A model generated the notes under the pieces. That model was not told the origin of the DNA. It saw only the letters and a program-made list of their open reading frames with translations, and did no database searches. Positions 41,891 through 42,792 of a stretch of 42,792 nt of DNA are shown here, piece after piece. The stretch is from a virus (taxonomy: Duplodnaviria; Caudoviricetes), in the IMG/VR virus record IMGVR_UViG_3300017658_000257, positions 1 to 42,792 of that record, one strand, 5' to 3'. The position numbers were made by a program, and so were the translations under genes. Numbering within the stretch: the stretch's first letter is position 1; each line of letters opens with the position of its first letter.

Positions 41891-42792
41891 CGTTCGACGA
41901 GGCCGTGATGCTCTATCCGGCCAACCCGATGGAAGCGAAGGATCTCGAAACGATCCTGCCCCACTTAAAAGACCGCATCGTCGCATCGATCACGCCGCAG
42001 GAAGTGCGCAACCTTGGGCCGATCCTCTACCCGAAAGGCGCCACCGATTCATGGCAGCGCCACGTCGTCACGCCGATCCGCGCCGTCATCAATAATGCGC
42101 ACGACCTCGGCAAATGCCCGCCGATCCGGGTCAAGGCATACACCAAAGCCGAGCGCCTGAAGCAGGATCGCGAGCGCGGCAAGCAAAGCCGCGTGGAGAA
42201 GACACCCGGATCCTGGGAATGGCTTCTGGCCTTCCGGACGAAGGCCAATCCCTATCTGAGAGCCATGGCCTATTTCATGTTCGTGACCGGCGCCCGCATC
42301 AGCCAGGCGACGGCGCTGATACCCGACGACTTCGATCTCCAGAATGCGCGCGTCTGGATGCCCGAGGCAAAAGGCACCGAGGCGCAGTGGGTTGACTTGC
42401 CGATGGACCTTGTCGTGGAACTGGCGAACCTTCATCCGCGCCGGCCGCGCAAGGGGCCTCATGGCAAGACCCGGATGAAGCAGGCGAAGATGTTCGGCTA
42501 TGCGAGCAAGAACGGCTGCTACAAAGCGTGGAAGACCGCATGCAAGAATGCCGGCATCGAGGAGATCATGCCGCACGCCGCCGGCCGTCACGGCTTTGCG
42601 ACCGAACTGCTCGTCAGGCGCAAACTCGATGCCCGCACGGTGGCCAAGGCAGGGCGCTGGGCAGACCTGACCTTGATGCAGAAAACCTACACCCACGCTG
42701 AGGATACAAAGAAGAAGGTACAGAGCGCGCTTCGTACAGGATTCGTACAAGCCTCCGCGCCGACCCCCAGCAAGAAGCGGAAAACGCAGTAG
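41695..42792 (+). CDS. int: Tyrosine recombinase/integrase
   Basis: TGARISQ (R), AKG (K), PHAAGRH, GRW, KTYTH (Y). Confidence 0.93.
   Translation: MPLTLYERDGWWWFKGRIDRIPSGKYYRQSLGIPATAPERDAEVALAGFERKEIKRDIVGEEKALTFDEAVMLYPANPMEAKDLETILPHLKDRIVASITPQEVRNLGPILYPKGATDSWQRHVVTPIRAVINNAHDLGKCPPIRVKAYTKAERLKQDRERGKQSRVEKTPGSWEWLLAFRTKANPYLRAMAYFMFVTGARISQATALIPDDFDLQNARVWMPEAKGTEAQWVDLPMDLVVELANLHPRRPRKGPHGKTRMKQAKMFGYASKNGCYKAWKTACKNAGIEEIMPHAAGRHGFATELLVRRKLDARTVAKAGRWADLTLMQKTYTHAEDTKKKVQSALRTGFVQASAPTPSKKRKTQ
42731..42749 (+). repeat. Direct repeat TTCGTACA x2, possible integrase arm-type sites
   Basis: 42731-42738 and 42742-42749 at the int 3' end. Confidence 0.35.

Larger units (their letters stand above)
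1..42792. mobile_element. Temperate siphophage/prophage (HK97-like head, lambdoid immunity region, tyrosine integrase); continues beyond the left edge
   Basis: Continuous, correctly ordered tail, head, packaging, replication, immunity and integration modules; no host housekeeping genes seen. Confidence 0.97.

Noticed and set aside
1-42792. tRNA, rRNA, lysis cassette, tail fibre and att core
   Set aside because: None recognisable. Lysis and fibre genes probably lie beyond the left edge and att beyond the right edge.

Overview
The whole window is most of a GC-rich, lambdoid-organised temperate siphophage/prophage. The host is probably a Rhizobiales alphaproteobacterium, inferred from a GcrA-like gene and the gene families present. 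The minus strand carries, from the right: cro, a cII-like regulator, a GcrA-like gene, DUF2303, three DNA methyltransferases, a replication initiator with iterons, a NusG-type antiterminator, HNH/cos/terS/terL, HK97-type portal/protease/capsid, head-tail genes, tail tube, a frameshifted tail chaperone and a tape measure cut off at base 1. The plus strand carries a short XRE repressor and the early (PL-like) arm ending in xis and a tyrosine integrase. The key feature is a complete BPP-1-like diversity-generating retroelement (avd - TR - RT) in this early arm. One TR (36070-36195) serves two paralogous Mtd/C-type-lectin target genes: VR1 has 11 mismatches and VR2 has 18, every one at a TR adenine. 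Both targets end in an identical G/C-IMH-GAAA hairpin cassette. Both appear to lack the N-terminal virion-attachment region of BPP-1 Mtd and lie among early genes on the strand opposite the tail genes, which suggests hypervariable non-virion proteins. Other points of interest are a SLATT-like protein paired with a Pro-rich peptide, a stand-alone CapW/BrxR-type wHTH, a DfrB/R67-like SH3 protein, a ~280-nt rod-like RNA downstream of the repressor and five 18-bp operators. All family assignments come from motif recognition by eye, not database searches.
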